IMG/VR virus record: IMGVR_UViG_3300025381_000024
Source of the DNA: a virus
Length of the DNA: 46,576 bases
Direction: 5' to 3' (one strand)
Every line of letters starts with the position of its first letter. The stretch's first letter is position 1. Position numbers and translations under genes: made by a program. The notes under the pieces were generated by a model. It was not told where the DNA came from. It made no database searches and saw nothing but the letters and a program-made list of their open reading frames with translations. Of the stretch, positions 8,530 to 17,106 are shown in pieces.

Positions 8530-11500
8530 ATGGGCATCCTATTATTTGCTAATCAGGCACAGACAACTCTTGCTCTACCTGTAGCAAGTACAGATACAGT
8601 CATTTATGTTGCTGCTGGTACTGGATCATATTTTCCTGCCCCATCTGCAAATCAAGCAGTTACTATTACCCTTGTAAATGCAACTAATAACTTAGTTGTA
8701 GAAATTGTTTCTTGTACCAACATTACTGGTGATGCTCTAACTGTAGTGAGAGGTCAAGAAGGTACTGTCCCTAGAGCATGGAATCGAGGTGATTTTGTTA
8801 CCAATTTGATGACTGCTGGTACTGCAAATTCATTTTCTCAAATTTATGGCTTAAATAATGCCTTGTATTCACCGCATTTTGCCAATACTTTAACCGATTC
8901 AGGTCAAGTTATTGCTGTCCCTGTCAATCCTACTGATTTGGTTAACAAGCAATATGCTGATTCTATTTCTACAGGCGCAGCTAAATATGAGTGTCAATGT
9001 GCCACTACAGGTGACATTACCCTTTCTGGGCTACAAACTATTGATGGATATACCACTTTAGCTGGTGATCGAGTTGTAGTAAGAGCACAAGCCAACCCTG
9101 CTTACAATGGTATTTGGGTTGCTTCTACAACTGCTTGGGCTAGAGCAGCCGACATGGAAGCCTGGGTACAAATACCAGGTGCAACTACTTTTGTACAAAA
9201 TGGCACTTTATATGCCAAAACTGGTTGGGTAGCCATTGTCCCTGAAATTGGCACAATTGATGTCACTCCTATTACTTGGACACAAATTTCTGGTCAAGGC
9301 ACTTATAGTGCTGGCACAGGGTTAACCCTTACTGGCACTCAATTTAGCATTACCAATACTGGTGTTACCGCAGGGTCTTATGGTACTGCTTCTTATGTGC
9401 CAGCTTTATTTTTAAATGCTCAAGGTCAAATTACTAGCGCAACCAATACACCAATTAGTATTGCACCAAGTCAAATTAATGCGACTATCCCAAATTCAGG
9501 TTTAACCAATTCATCTATTACTATTGGGTCAACAAGTGTTTCATTAGGGTCTACCCTAACTACTTTGGTTGGCACTTCAATTAGTGGTTCTACCAATACT
9601 TTAACTGCAATTCCTAATAGTGCATTAGTCAATAATTCAATCACTATCAATGGCAATGCAGTTGCATTGGGTGGCAGCACTACTGTCACCGCAGTTACAC
9701 CTTATGCTTTGACTATCGGCACAGGTCTATCTGGTGGATCATTTAATGGCTCTAGCGCAGTTACTATTGCTCTGGCTAATACCGCAGTTACCGCAGGTTC
9801 TTATGGTTCTGCTGGCTCTGTAGCAACTTTTACTGTCAATGTCCAGGGTCAACTTACCGCAGCCAATACAACCTCTATTGCTATTAGCAATACTCAGGTA
9901 TCTGGTTTAGGCACTATGTCTACCCAAAATGCCAATAATGTGGCTATAACTGGTGGAACAATTCAAGGTGTAGGACTAACTATAGATAGTTTAGATAATA
10001 CCCCTATAGGCTCTACAACTCCTTCTACAGCTAAATTTACAACTTTATCTGCCAATAGTACTGTCACTTTAGGAAACTATACTGGCTATGTTTATGCCAA
10101 TGGTTCTAGTGCAATTACCGCATCTACAACCATTCCTACTACTGCTCTTAGTGGTACAGTTACTAATGCTCAACTAGCAAATTCTTCTATCACTATTAAT
10201 GGTGATTTAGTAAATCTTGGTGGTTCTGTAACAGTAACTGCCGATCTTCCAAATAGCCTTACTTTTAATAATAGTGGGTCTGGGGCATCTTCTCCTGTAG
10301 TTTTTAATGGTGCAACTGCTTATACCATTTCTTACAATACTTTAGGTGCTTCTCCTTTGGCTGGATCAACCAGCTTAACTACTACTGGAACTATCACTAC
10401 AGGTACTTGGTCTGGTCTTTTCGGTGCGGTTTCAGGCGCAAATTTAACCAATTTAACTGCTGGTAATCTTACTGGCACTATTCCTTCGACAGTTTTAGGA
10501 AATTCGACTGTCTATATTGGAACAACCGCAGTAGCTTTAAATCGTGCTTCTGCAACTTTGGCTTTAACTGGAATTACCATACCGACTCTAACTATTGGAA
10601 CTGGTCTTTCTGGAATTTCCTATAATGGTTCTACTGCTACCACCATTGCTTTAGCAAATACCGCAGTCACCGCAGGAAGTTATGGTTCAGCTTCAAATAC
10701 TTTGGAAGCAACTGTTAATGGTCAAGGGCAATTAACTGCGCTTAGTTCAGTAGCAATTAGCATTGCTCCAAGCCAAATTAATGCCACTATTCCTAATTCT
10801 GGATTAACAAACTCTAGTATCACCATTAATGGTAATGCTGTCAGTCTTGGCGGTTCTACTACAGTCACCGCAGACACCCCTAATGCCCTTACGATTGGCA
10901 CAGGTCTTTCTGGAACAAGTTTTAATGGATCATCCCCAGTAACAATTGCCATTTCTAATTCTGGTGTTACTTCTGGAACTTATGGTAATGCTTCAACCAT
11001 TCCAGTTATTACTGTCAACAGCCAAGGTCAAATTACTTCAGTAAGCACTCAGCCTACCAATGCTCCTGCTTATCAAGGAACATGGAATGCTTCAACTAAT
11101 AACCCAACTTTGACTTCTTCGGTTGGAACTCAGGGTTATTACTATGTAGTTTCTACTGCTGGTAATACTACTTTAAATGGTGTTTCCGATTGGAATATTG
11201 GCGATTGGGCAATATTTAGTGGTGGTGCATGGGAAAAAATACCTGGATCAAATACAGAATCGTTCACCAATTTAACCACTACCAATTTGGCGGTTACTGG
11301 TCTTACTGGCTATATGTATGCCAATAACACTATTGGTAATGTAACTGCTTCAACCACAATTCCAACTACTGCATTAAGCGGAACAATTACTAATGCTCAA
11401 TTAGCGAATTCAACCATATCAGGGATTTCCCTAGGTAGCAACTTGGCTACATTGACTATTGGAACAAGCCTTTCTGGTACTTCATACAATGGTGGAAGTG

Positions 11501-13377
11501 CAGTAACTATTGCCCTGGCATCTAGCGGTGTTACTGCTGGTTCTTATGGATCGGCTAGTACTGTACCGACTTATACAGTTAATGCTCAAGGTCAACTTAC
11601 AGCAGCTTCCAATACGACCATTTCTATTGCTCCTAGTCAGATTAATGCAACCATTCCGAATAGTGGATTGACCAATAGTTCAATCACTATTAATGGAAAT
11701 GCGGTCAGTTTAGGTGGATCAACTACTGTAACTGCTGATACCCCAAATGCTTTAACCATTGGAACTGGATTATCTGGAACATCTTTTAATGGTAGTTCTC
11801 CAGTAACCATTTCTATTTCAAATACTGCGGTAACTGCTGGAAGTTATGGTTCTGCAACTCAAGTTGGAACATTTACTGTTAATGCACAAGGTCAATTGAC
11901 CGCAGCTTCTAATGTCACTATCACCCCAGCAGTTACTTCGATTACTGGATTGGGTATTGGAATGGCTACTTTCTTAGCCACTCCAACAAGTGCAAACTTG
12001 GTTGCTACTGTAACCGATGAAACTGGTACTGGTTCTTTAGTATTTGCCAATACTCCAACTTTAGTTACCCCAATTTTGGGAACTCCTACTTCTGGCACTT
12101 TGACCAATTGCTCTGGACTTCCTTTAAGTACTGGGGTTACTGGTACTTTATCAGTAGGAAATGGCGGTACAGGAGTAACTTCTTCAAGCGGTGCTAATTC
12201 TGTAGTTTTAAGAGATAGCAATCAAAATGTATTTGCTAATAATTTCATACCAAATACAACATTTACAGCATCATCATCAACACCTGTTAATTTAACTGTT
12301 TCATCTGCTCAATATCAAGTAGTAACAGGCACAACTACTTCTCAAGTATTTAATATGCCTGATGCGACTACTTTGATTGTAGGCGATACTTATTATTTTA
12401 ATAATAATATTACTTATTCTTCTGTGCAAATTAATGCACATGATGGAACTACATCATTATTAGCATTACAAGCTGGTGGTGCTGCTCATTTAATTCTTTT
12501 AAGCAATAGCACTTCTAATGGGACTTGGGATATTCATTCTTATGTGCCAGCTTCAGTTTCATGGGGAAATGCAACTTTAAATTTTAATTCTGCAAGTAGT
12601 ATTTCAGGCTCTGTATCTTGGCAAGGTAATACTATAGGCATTGGTTATGGTGGTACTGGTATTACTTCTACACCTACCAATGGTCAATTATTGATTGGTA
12701 ATGGTACTGGTTACACCCTGGCAACCATTACTGCTGGTGCTGGTATCTCAGTCACTAATAGTTCTGGTGGCATCACCATTGCAGTTAATGGTACTGGTGA
12801 AGTAACTAGCTTCCAAACTAGCTTATCAGGGCTAACACCTAGCACCGCTACAGGCGGTGCAGTTACCCTGGCAGGTACTCTAGGGGCTGCATCTGGCGGT
12901 ACTGGAGCAACTACCCTTACTGGATATGTATATGGTAATGGCACTTCAGCCATGACCGCATCAACCACTATTCCTACAAGTGCTTTATCTGGAAACTTTG
13001 TAAGCACATTTAGTGCTGGCACTACTGGTCTAACACCCTCTACTGCGACTGCTGGTGCTATCACTTTAAGTGGTACTTTAGTAGTTGGAAATGGTGGTAC
13101 TGGAGTTGCAACTTTGACAGGCTTGGCTTATGGCAATGGCACTTCTGCTTTTACAGCAGCAACCGCAGCCCAAGTAGTTTCTGTAATAGGTTCTACAGCA
13201 GTAACCAATGCTACCAATGCTGCAAACTTAAACCTGGCTGCTGGTTCAGGATCAACAAACTATATTACTTTTGCTTCTTCTGCAACAGGAAATACAGCAC
13301 AATACACAAATACTGGACTTACTTACAATTACACCAATAATGCTATTACTGGGGGTATCTCAGGTGGCTCTTTTTAA
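8530..13377 (+). CDS. Giant tail fibre protein C (1615 aa) with long internal repeats
   Basis: It has the same N-terminal anchor module (MGILLFANQAQTTL...VRGQEGTVPRAWNRGDF..TAGT). It carries multiple repeated modules (SIAPSQINATIPNSGLTNSSITINGNAVSLGGSTTVTADTPNALTIGTGLSGTSFNGSSPVTI x2 plus a diverged copy, and TASTTIPTTALSGT.TNAQLANS x3). Its ATG overlaps the previous stop. Confidence 0.85.
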   Translation: MGILLFANQAQTTLALPVASTDTVIYVAAGTGSYFPAPSANQAVTITLVNATNNLVVEIVSCTNITGDALTVVRGQEGTVPRAWNRGDFVTNLMTAGTANSFSQIYGLNNALYSPHFANTLTDSGQVIAVPVNPTDLVNKQYADSISTGAAKYECQCATTGDITLSGLQTIDGYTTLAGDRVVVRAQANPAYNGIWVASTTAWARAADMEAWVQIPGATTFVQNGTLYAKTGWVAIVPEIGTIDVTPITWTQISGQGTYSAGTGLTLTGTQFSITNTGVTAGSYGTASYVPALFLNAQGQITSATNTPISIAPSQINATIPNSGLTNSSITIGSTSVSLGSTLTTLVGTSISGSTNTLTAIPNSALVNNSITINGNAVALGGSTTVTAVTPYALTIGTGLSGGSFNGSSAVTIALANTAVTAGSYGSAGSVATFTVNVQGQLTAANTTSIAISNTQVSGLGTMSTQNANNVAITGGTIQGVGLTIDSLDNTPIGSTTPSTAKFTTLSANSTVTLGNYTGYVYANGSSAITASTTIPTTALSGTVTNAQLANSSITINGDLVNLGGSVTVTADLPNSLTFNNSGSGASSPVVFNGATAYTISYNTLGASPLAGSTSLTTTGTITTGTWSGLFGAVSGANLTNLTAGNLTGTIPSTVLGNSTVYIGTTAVALNRASATLALTGITIPTLTIGTGLSGISYNGSTATTIALANTAVTAGSYGSASNTLEATVNGQGQLTALSSVAISIAPSQINATIPNSGLTNSSITINGNAVSLGGSTTVTADTPNALTIGTGLSGTSFNGSSPVTIAISNSGVTSGTYGNASTIPVITVNSQGQITSVSTQPTNAPAYQGTWNASTNNPTLTSSVGTQGYYYVVSTAGNTTLNGVSDWNIGDWAIFSGGAWEKIPGSNTESFTNLTTTNLAVTGLTGYMYANNTIGNVTASTTIPTTALSGTITNAQLANSTISGISLGSNLATLTIGTSLSGTSYNGGSAVTIALASSGVTAGSYGSASTVPTYTVNAQGQLTAASNTTISIAPSQINATIPNSGLTNSSITINGNAVSLGGSTTVTADTPNALTIGTGLSGTSFNGSSPVTISISNTAVTAGSYGSATQVGTFTVNAQGQLTAASNVTITPAVTSITGLGIGMATFLATPTSANLVATVTDETGTGSLVFANTPTLVTPILGTPTSGTLTNCSGLPLSTGVTGTLSVGNGGTGVTSSSGANSVVLRDSNQNVFANNFIPNTTFTASSSTPVNLTVSSAQYQVVTGTTTSQVFNMPDATTLIVGDTYYFNNNITYSSVQINAHDGTTSLLALQAGGAAHLILLSNSTSNGTWDIHSYVPASVSWGNATLNFNSASSISGSVSWQGNTIGIGYGGTGITSTPTNGQLLIGNGTGYTLATITAGAGISVTNSSGGITIAVNGTGEVTSFQTSLSGLTPSTATGGAVTLAGTLGAASGGTGATTLTGYVYGNGTSAMTASTTIPTSALSGNFVSTFSAGTTGLTPSTATAGAITLSGTLVVGNGGTGVATLTGLAYGNGTSAFTAATAAQVVSVIGSTAVTNATNAANLNLAAGSGSTNYITFASSATGNTAQYTNTGLTYNYTNNAITGGISGGSF

Positions 13378-13401
13378 ATATAATGGCTAAAAGGAATTAA
13401 T

Positions 13402-14724
13402 ATGGCTCAAAGCGGATTTTCCCCCATCCTGATTTATGGCAGTACTACTACTGGTAATACTCCATCTGCAAGCAATTTAACTACAACTTCTCTTGGAGTT
13501 GAACTTGCTATTAATGCTACTGATGGCAAATTATTCTATAAAGATAATGCTGGAAATGTTCAAACTTTAGCCACAAAAGCTACAGGTACTATTGGCGGTT
13601 CAAACACCCAAGTTCAATACAATAGCTCTGGCTTATTGGCTGGTTCTGCCAACATGGTATTTGATGGCTCTACATTGACTACCCTTAATTCTGCATACAC
13701 AGGCACACTTACTGGCGGTACAGGAGTAGTTAATCTAGGTTCTGGACAGTTTTATAAAGATGCTAGTGGTAATGTAGGTATTGGTACTAGTAGTCCTTCC
13801 GCACTTGGATTGCAAGTAACAAAAGGTTCTGGAGTTTCTGCTGGTATTTTATTTAGTAATGCAGCAAATAACTGGCAAATTAACACAGGTACAACTACCA
13901 ACTATTTAGCTTTTGTCGATAATCAATTTGCAGAGCGTATGCGTATTGACTCTAGTGGTAATGTAGGTATTGGTATTACTGCACCTACTGCTAGATTGCA
14001 TTTATCTACAGCATCAGGCTCAACTGCTTTAACAATGTCCACAAACAGCAATCAAAACAATAACTTCACTATTGTCAATGATGCAACCTATGGAATTTTT
14101 GCTTCAAACTATGGAAGCACAGGCGTAAAAGTTAAGTATGCTTTGCAAATGCCTGACAATTCAATGATTATTGATTCTAGCGGTTATGTGTATTTTGTTG
14201 GTTCAGGAACATCACCTTCATATTCACCTGCATCAGGTGTGCAAATATTAAATCTTGTTGGAAATACAGTAGGTGTTATTTCTATTGGTCATGCAAATGG
14301 AACTGCTAGTGGAAATAATTATGTAACTTTTGGATACAATTCAAGTGGTATTGGTTCTATTTCCCAAAACGGCACTACTGGCGTTCTTTATAATTTAACT
14401 TCTGATTACCGCCTTAAAGACAATGCCACACCATTAACAGGTGCTTCAGAATTTATTATGGCTTTGAAACCAAAATCTTGGGATTGGTGGGATGGCTCAG
14501 GTAAGGGTGTTGGCTTTATTGCTCATGAATTTATGGAAGTTGCCAAGTATTCAGGAAATGGTACAAAAGACGAGCTTGATGATGAAGGCAAGCCAAAATA
14601 TCAATCTATTCAGCCATCTTCCTCAGAAGTAATGGCAAATCTTGTAGCTTTAGTCCAAGAACAACAAGCCCTTATTACAACAATGCAAGCCAAACTAAAA
14701 GACGCTGGCATACTAGGATTCTAA
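13402..14724 (+). CDS. Tail fibre/spike protein D with a C-terminal intramolecular chaperone (peptidase S74-type) domain
   Basis: The C-terminus SDYRLKDNATPL...ALKPKSWDW...GFIAHEFMEV...YQSIQPS...LVALVQEQQALI fits the auto-cleaving endosialidase-chaperone domain pattern (SD.R.K ... GfIAqE ... coiled tail). The N-terminus is fibre-like. An AAGGA Shine-Dalgarno sequence lies upstream. Confidence 0.8.
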   Translation: MAQSGFSPILIYGSTTTGNTPSASNLTTTSLGVELAINATDGKLFYKDNAGNVQTLATKATGTIGGSNTQVQYNSSGLLAGSANMVFDGSTLTTLNSAYTGTLTGGTGVVNLGSGQFYKDASGNVGIGTSSPSALGLQVTKGSGVSAGILFSNAANNWQINTGTTTNYLAFVDNQFAERMRIDSSGNVGIGITAPTARLHLSTASGSTALTMSTNSNQNNNFTIVNDATYGIFASNYGSTGVKVKYALQMPDNSMIIDSSGYVYFVGSGTSPSYSPASGVQILNLVGNTVGVISIGHANGTASGNNYVTFGYNSSGIGSISQNGTTGVLYNLTSDYRLKDNATPLTGASEFIMALKPKSWDWWDGSGKGVGFIAHEFMEVAKYSGNGTKDELDDEGKPKYQSIQPSSSEVMANLVALVQEQQALITTMQAKLKDAGILGF

Positions 14725-14725
14725 A

Positions 14726-15049
14726 ATGACAACATTTAATTGGCAAGTAGTACAAATGGACAGATTAACTTCTGATGGCTTTGTAGTGACTGTTCACTAC
14801 ACAGTAAACGCAGTAGACGGTGACTTTACTGCTTCTACTTACGGCACAGTAGGTTATACACAGGGCGAAGGTTCTTATGTACCTTACGCTGACTTGACTG
14901 AAGCTGAAGTCGTTGGCTGGGTACAAGAGTCACTTGGTCAAGATATAGTAGAAGCTAGTCTGACTGCACAGATTGAAGCACAAAAGAACCCAGTACAAGA
15001 AGCTGGATTACCTTGGGTTACACCATTTGAGAACGCTATAAAGTCTTAA
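14726..15049 (+). CDS. Hypothetical protein (107 aa)
   Basis: ORF 1 nt after the fibre D stop. No motif recognised. Confidence 0.6.
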   Translation: MTTFNWQVVQMDRLTSDGFVVTVHYTVNAVDGDFTASTYGTVGYTQGEGSYVPYADLTEAEVVGWVQESLGQDIVEASLTAQIEAQKNPVQEAGLPWVTPFENAIKS

Positions 15050-15095
15050 TATATACTATTACATGGGAATAATCCCTAAACTTTAAAGGACAAAA

Positions 15096-15311
15096 ATGAA
15101 CTTAATTAACCTTTCTCAAGAACTTGTAGAAGCTATTTTTCAACATTTAATTAAAAAGCCTTATGAAGAAGTGGCTCATTTAATTGATCCATTGAAAGCC
15201 CAAGCTGCCCCTCAAATTCAAGCTGCTCAAGCTGCTCAAGCTGCCTCTACAGATGCTCCTGCTACTGTAGATGCTCCTGCTGTTGATCCAGCAACTTCTA
15301 CAGTTCAATAA
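15096..15311 (+). CDS. Hypothetical Ala/Gln-rich protein (71 aa)
   Basis: ORF with an AAAGGA Shine-Dalgarno sequence upstream and a low-complexity C-terminus (AQAAPQIQAAQAAQAAS). Confidence 0.5.
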   Translation: MNLINLSQELVEAIFQHLIKKPYEEVAHLIDPLKAQAAPQIQAAQAAQAASTDAPATVDAPAVDPATSTVQ

Positions 15312-15313
15312 AA

Positions 15314-15580
15314 ATGTCTTGGGAAGCTGTTTTCGCAGGGTTAACCCTACTTTATTTTATAACTAGCGGTTTTATTGGTTATTGGACTAATAGCATCGCT
15401 AAAAGTCAAGATAATTTAAGTAAATCCCAGGGGCAATTAGCCAAAGATTTAAAAAATCTTGAGGTAATGCTTCCCAATTCTTATGTAAAAAAAGCAGATT
15501 TGGACTATAGATTATCTAGAATTGAGCATATATTAGACCAAATTATGACAAAACTTGACAATAAAATGGATAAATCATAA
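15314..15580 (+). CDS. Membrane-anchored coiled-coil protein (88 aa)
   Basis: N-terminal hydrophobic helix (AVFAGLTLLYFITSGFIGYW) followed by charged heptad-like sequence. The gene is coupled to its neighbours. Confidence 0.6.
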   Translation: MSWEAVFAGLTLLYFITSGFIGYWTNSIAKSQDNLSKSQGQLAKDLKNLEVMLPNSYVKKADLDYRLSRIEHILDQIMTKLDNKMDKS

Positions 15581-15771
15581 TGTTTAAAAAGATTTGTGCT
15601 TTATTAAGTCGAAAAGTTGAACCATTATCTCCAGAGCCAATGTTTCCAATTAAAAAAAGACCTACAATCAAAAAAGCAACAACCAGAAGTGTTGCCAAAA
15701 AATCAGTCAAGCCACCAGCAAAGAAAGTGGTAAAAGATGGTAACAAAAAGACCACCAGTAAAAAGAAGTAG
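15580..15771 (+). CDS. Lysine-rich basic protein (63 aa)
   Basis: ATG overlaps the previous stop (TAATG). About one third of residues are Lys/Arg (KKRPTIKKATTRSVAKKSVKPPAKKVVKDGNKKTTSKKK). Confidence 0.5.
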   Translation: MFKKICALLSRKVEPLSPEPMFPIKKRPTIKKATTRSVAKKSVKPPAKKVVKDGNKKTTSKKK

Positions 15772-16381
15772 AGTAACTACTAAATCCAAAGACAATATTG
15801 ATAAGGCAATTGACCTTATAAAATGGGTAGATAACCCCTTTAAACTTTTTGCAGTAATACTATTATCCATAGTATTTTTCATTGGGTATTTTGCTTGGGA
15901 TAGTCGACAAACCATACTAACAGCTATTTCCAATACCAATACTATTCCCAAATTAAGAACCCAGGCTGAAATATTGCCTATATCTCAGAAATTATTACAA
16001 GATTTAGATGCCCAAGTTGTAGTAGTAAATGAAGTAAATTTAACCACCAATCTCAGAACTACCATAGTTGCACTTTCTCAATCAGAAAGAAATCATGCTA
16101 TGGAAGGTGTTGAATCTACCTTAATTTCCCCAGATCAAGGAAGAAATAAAGCTATAGTGGCAATGATGGCTGGAGAGGTCTATTGCGATGATTACAGCCC
16201 AAATTCTAAGGTTGGAGCATGGGAAGCTAGTCTAGGTGTCAAATATATGTGCCGAGGCTCTGTACCACCGCCTATGGGTCAATTTGCTGGTTATGTAGCT
16301 GTAGGCTTTAAAGATAAGCCAAATGATTTGACAGCAGCCAAAACTAGGATTAATTTAGCATCTACACAAATGGCAAAGTAA
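15737..16381 (+). CDS. Membrane-anchored protein (214 aa), function unknown
   Basis: Basic N-terminus followed by one TM helix (FKLFAVILLSIVFFIGYFAW). It overlaps the previous ORF by 35 nt. Confidence 0.6.
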   Translation: MVTKRPPVKRSRVTTKSKDNIDKAIDLIKWVDNPFKLFAVILLSIVFFIGYFAWDSRQTILTAISNTNTIPKLRTQAEILPISQKLLQDLDAQVVVVNEVNLTTNLRTTIVALSQSERNHAMEGVESTLISPDQGRNKAIVAMMAGEVYCDDYSPNSKVGAWEASLGVKYMCRGSVPPPMGQFAGYVAVGFKDKPNDLTAAKTRINLASTQMAK

Positions 16382-16382
16382 T

Positions 16383-16466
16383 ATGGATAATGAAAGATTA
16401 TTCTGGATTATTTTAGGAATAGCTGCCTGGTTATTAATTGGCTATTTTATGGGCGCATTTATATGA
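16383..16466 (+). CDS. Tiny hydrophobic peptide (27 aa), possible holin-associated micro-ORF
   Basis: MDNERLFWIILGIAAWLLIGYFMGAFI. It fills the gap exactly, and its stop overlaps the next start (ATGA). It is below the ORF-track size cutoff. Confidence 0.35.
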   Translation: MDNERLFWIILGIAAWLLIGYFMGAFI

Positions 16467-16687
16467 AAATTTTAAAAGATATTTTGACTGAAGATGACAA
16501 TACTACTTACTGCGCTGCAAGAGTTTGCTCTATTGCTTGCGTATTTGGTTTTCTTGTTATTTGCCTTATTCATGTTTGGCATGGTGGCACTATTGATTTT
16601 GATAAGTTGGGTTTGGGATTGGCTACTACGCTTGGTGGGTCTGGAATAATGATTGGTGCTAAAGCTGCCACCCAAAAAACTGAATAA
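16463..16687 (+). CDS. Putative holin (74 aa, two TM segments)
   Basis: Two hydrophobic segments (ARVCSIACVFGFLVICLIHVW and LGLGLATTLGGSGIMIGA) and a charged C-terminus. It lies immediately upstream of the spanin and endolysin genes. Confidence 0.55.
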   Translation: MKILKDILTEDDNTTYCAARVCSIACVFGFLVICLIHVWHGGTIDFDKLGLGLATTLGGSGIMIGAKAATQKTE

Positions 16688-17106
16688 TGTTTATTTCAAC
16701 CTATATAAAAATTGCCATTTTTCTATGTATTTCTTTGGGAAGTGCATACATTACCCATAAAATTGATGAATCAAACTATTTAGAGCAGGTTAATGACCAG
16801 ATTAGACAAGCGGTTGAGCATGAAACTCAGGTAGTAAATGACCAGGCTGCTATTAGTCAAAAAACCCAAAAGGACAAAGATGAACTCCAAAACCGCTATG
16901 ATGTTGCTATTACTGAACTTAGGGGGTTGCGCCAACAATCTGCCACCCAAGGAAATGAACCCACCACCCCTTCAATATCAAGTAAAGGACTCAGATTACT
17001 TGAACCAGATGCTGAAGTTCTTATCGGATTTGCAAAACAATGCGCCAATACCGAATTAGAAAGAAATGATGTCATTAATAAATATAATGCTTTAATGGTG
17101 AAATAA
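16687..17106 (+). CDS. i-spanin (Rz-like)
   Basis: N-terminal TM helix (IKIAIFLCISLGSAYI) plus a coiled, charged periplasmic part. It contains an embedded lipoprotein ORF in the +1 frame and sits next to the endolysin gene. Confidence 0.7.
   Translation: MFISTYIKIAIFLCISLGSAYITHKIDESNYLEQVNDQIRQAVEHETQVVNDQAAISQKTQKDKDELQNRYDVAITELRGLRQQSATQGNEPTTPSISSKGLRLLEPDAEVLIGFAKQCANTELERNDVINKYNALMVK
16880..17059 (+). CDS. o-spanin (Rz1-like lipoprotein) embedded in the i-spanin gene
   Basis: MNSKTAMMLLLLNLGGC has a lipobox followed by Pro-rich mature sequence (NLPPKEMNPPPLQ). An AAGGA Shine-Dalgarno sequence lies 5 nt upstream of ATG 16880. The ORF lies wholly inside 16687-17106 in another frame. 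Confidence 0.7.
   Translation: MNSKTAMMLLLLNLGGCANNLPPKEMNPPPLQYQVKDSDYLNQMLKFLSDLQNNAPIPN

Noticed and set aside
9471-13064. Minus-strand ORFs inside the giant fibre gene (9471-9689, 10722-10952, 11892-12221, 12711-13064)
   Set aside because: These are shadow ORFs antisense to a stop-poor Thr/Gly/Ser/Ala-rich repeat gene. They have no start context, and they repeat the periodicity of the sense gene.
8530-13377. Diversity-generating retroelement acting on the repeated fibre modules
   Set aside because: There is no reverse transcriptase gene anywhere in the genome. The repeat copies differ only at synonymous sites rather than at adenine-templated non-synonymous positions.
16838-17059. The full 73-aa version of the embedded lipoprotein ORF
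   Set aside because: The track start precedes the signal peptide with a basic extension. ATG 16880, with an AAGGA Shine-Dalgarno sequence 5 nt upstream, gives a canonical lipoprotein signal, so the shorter ORF is preferred.
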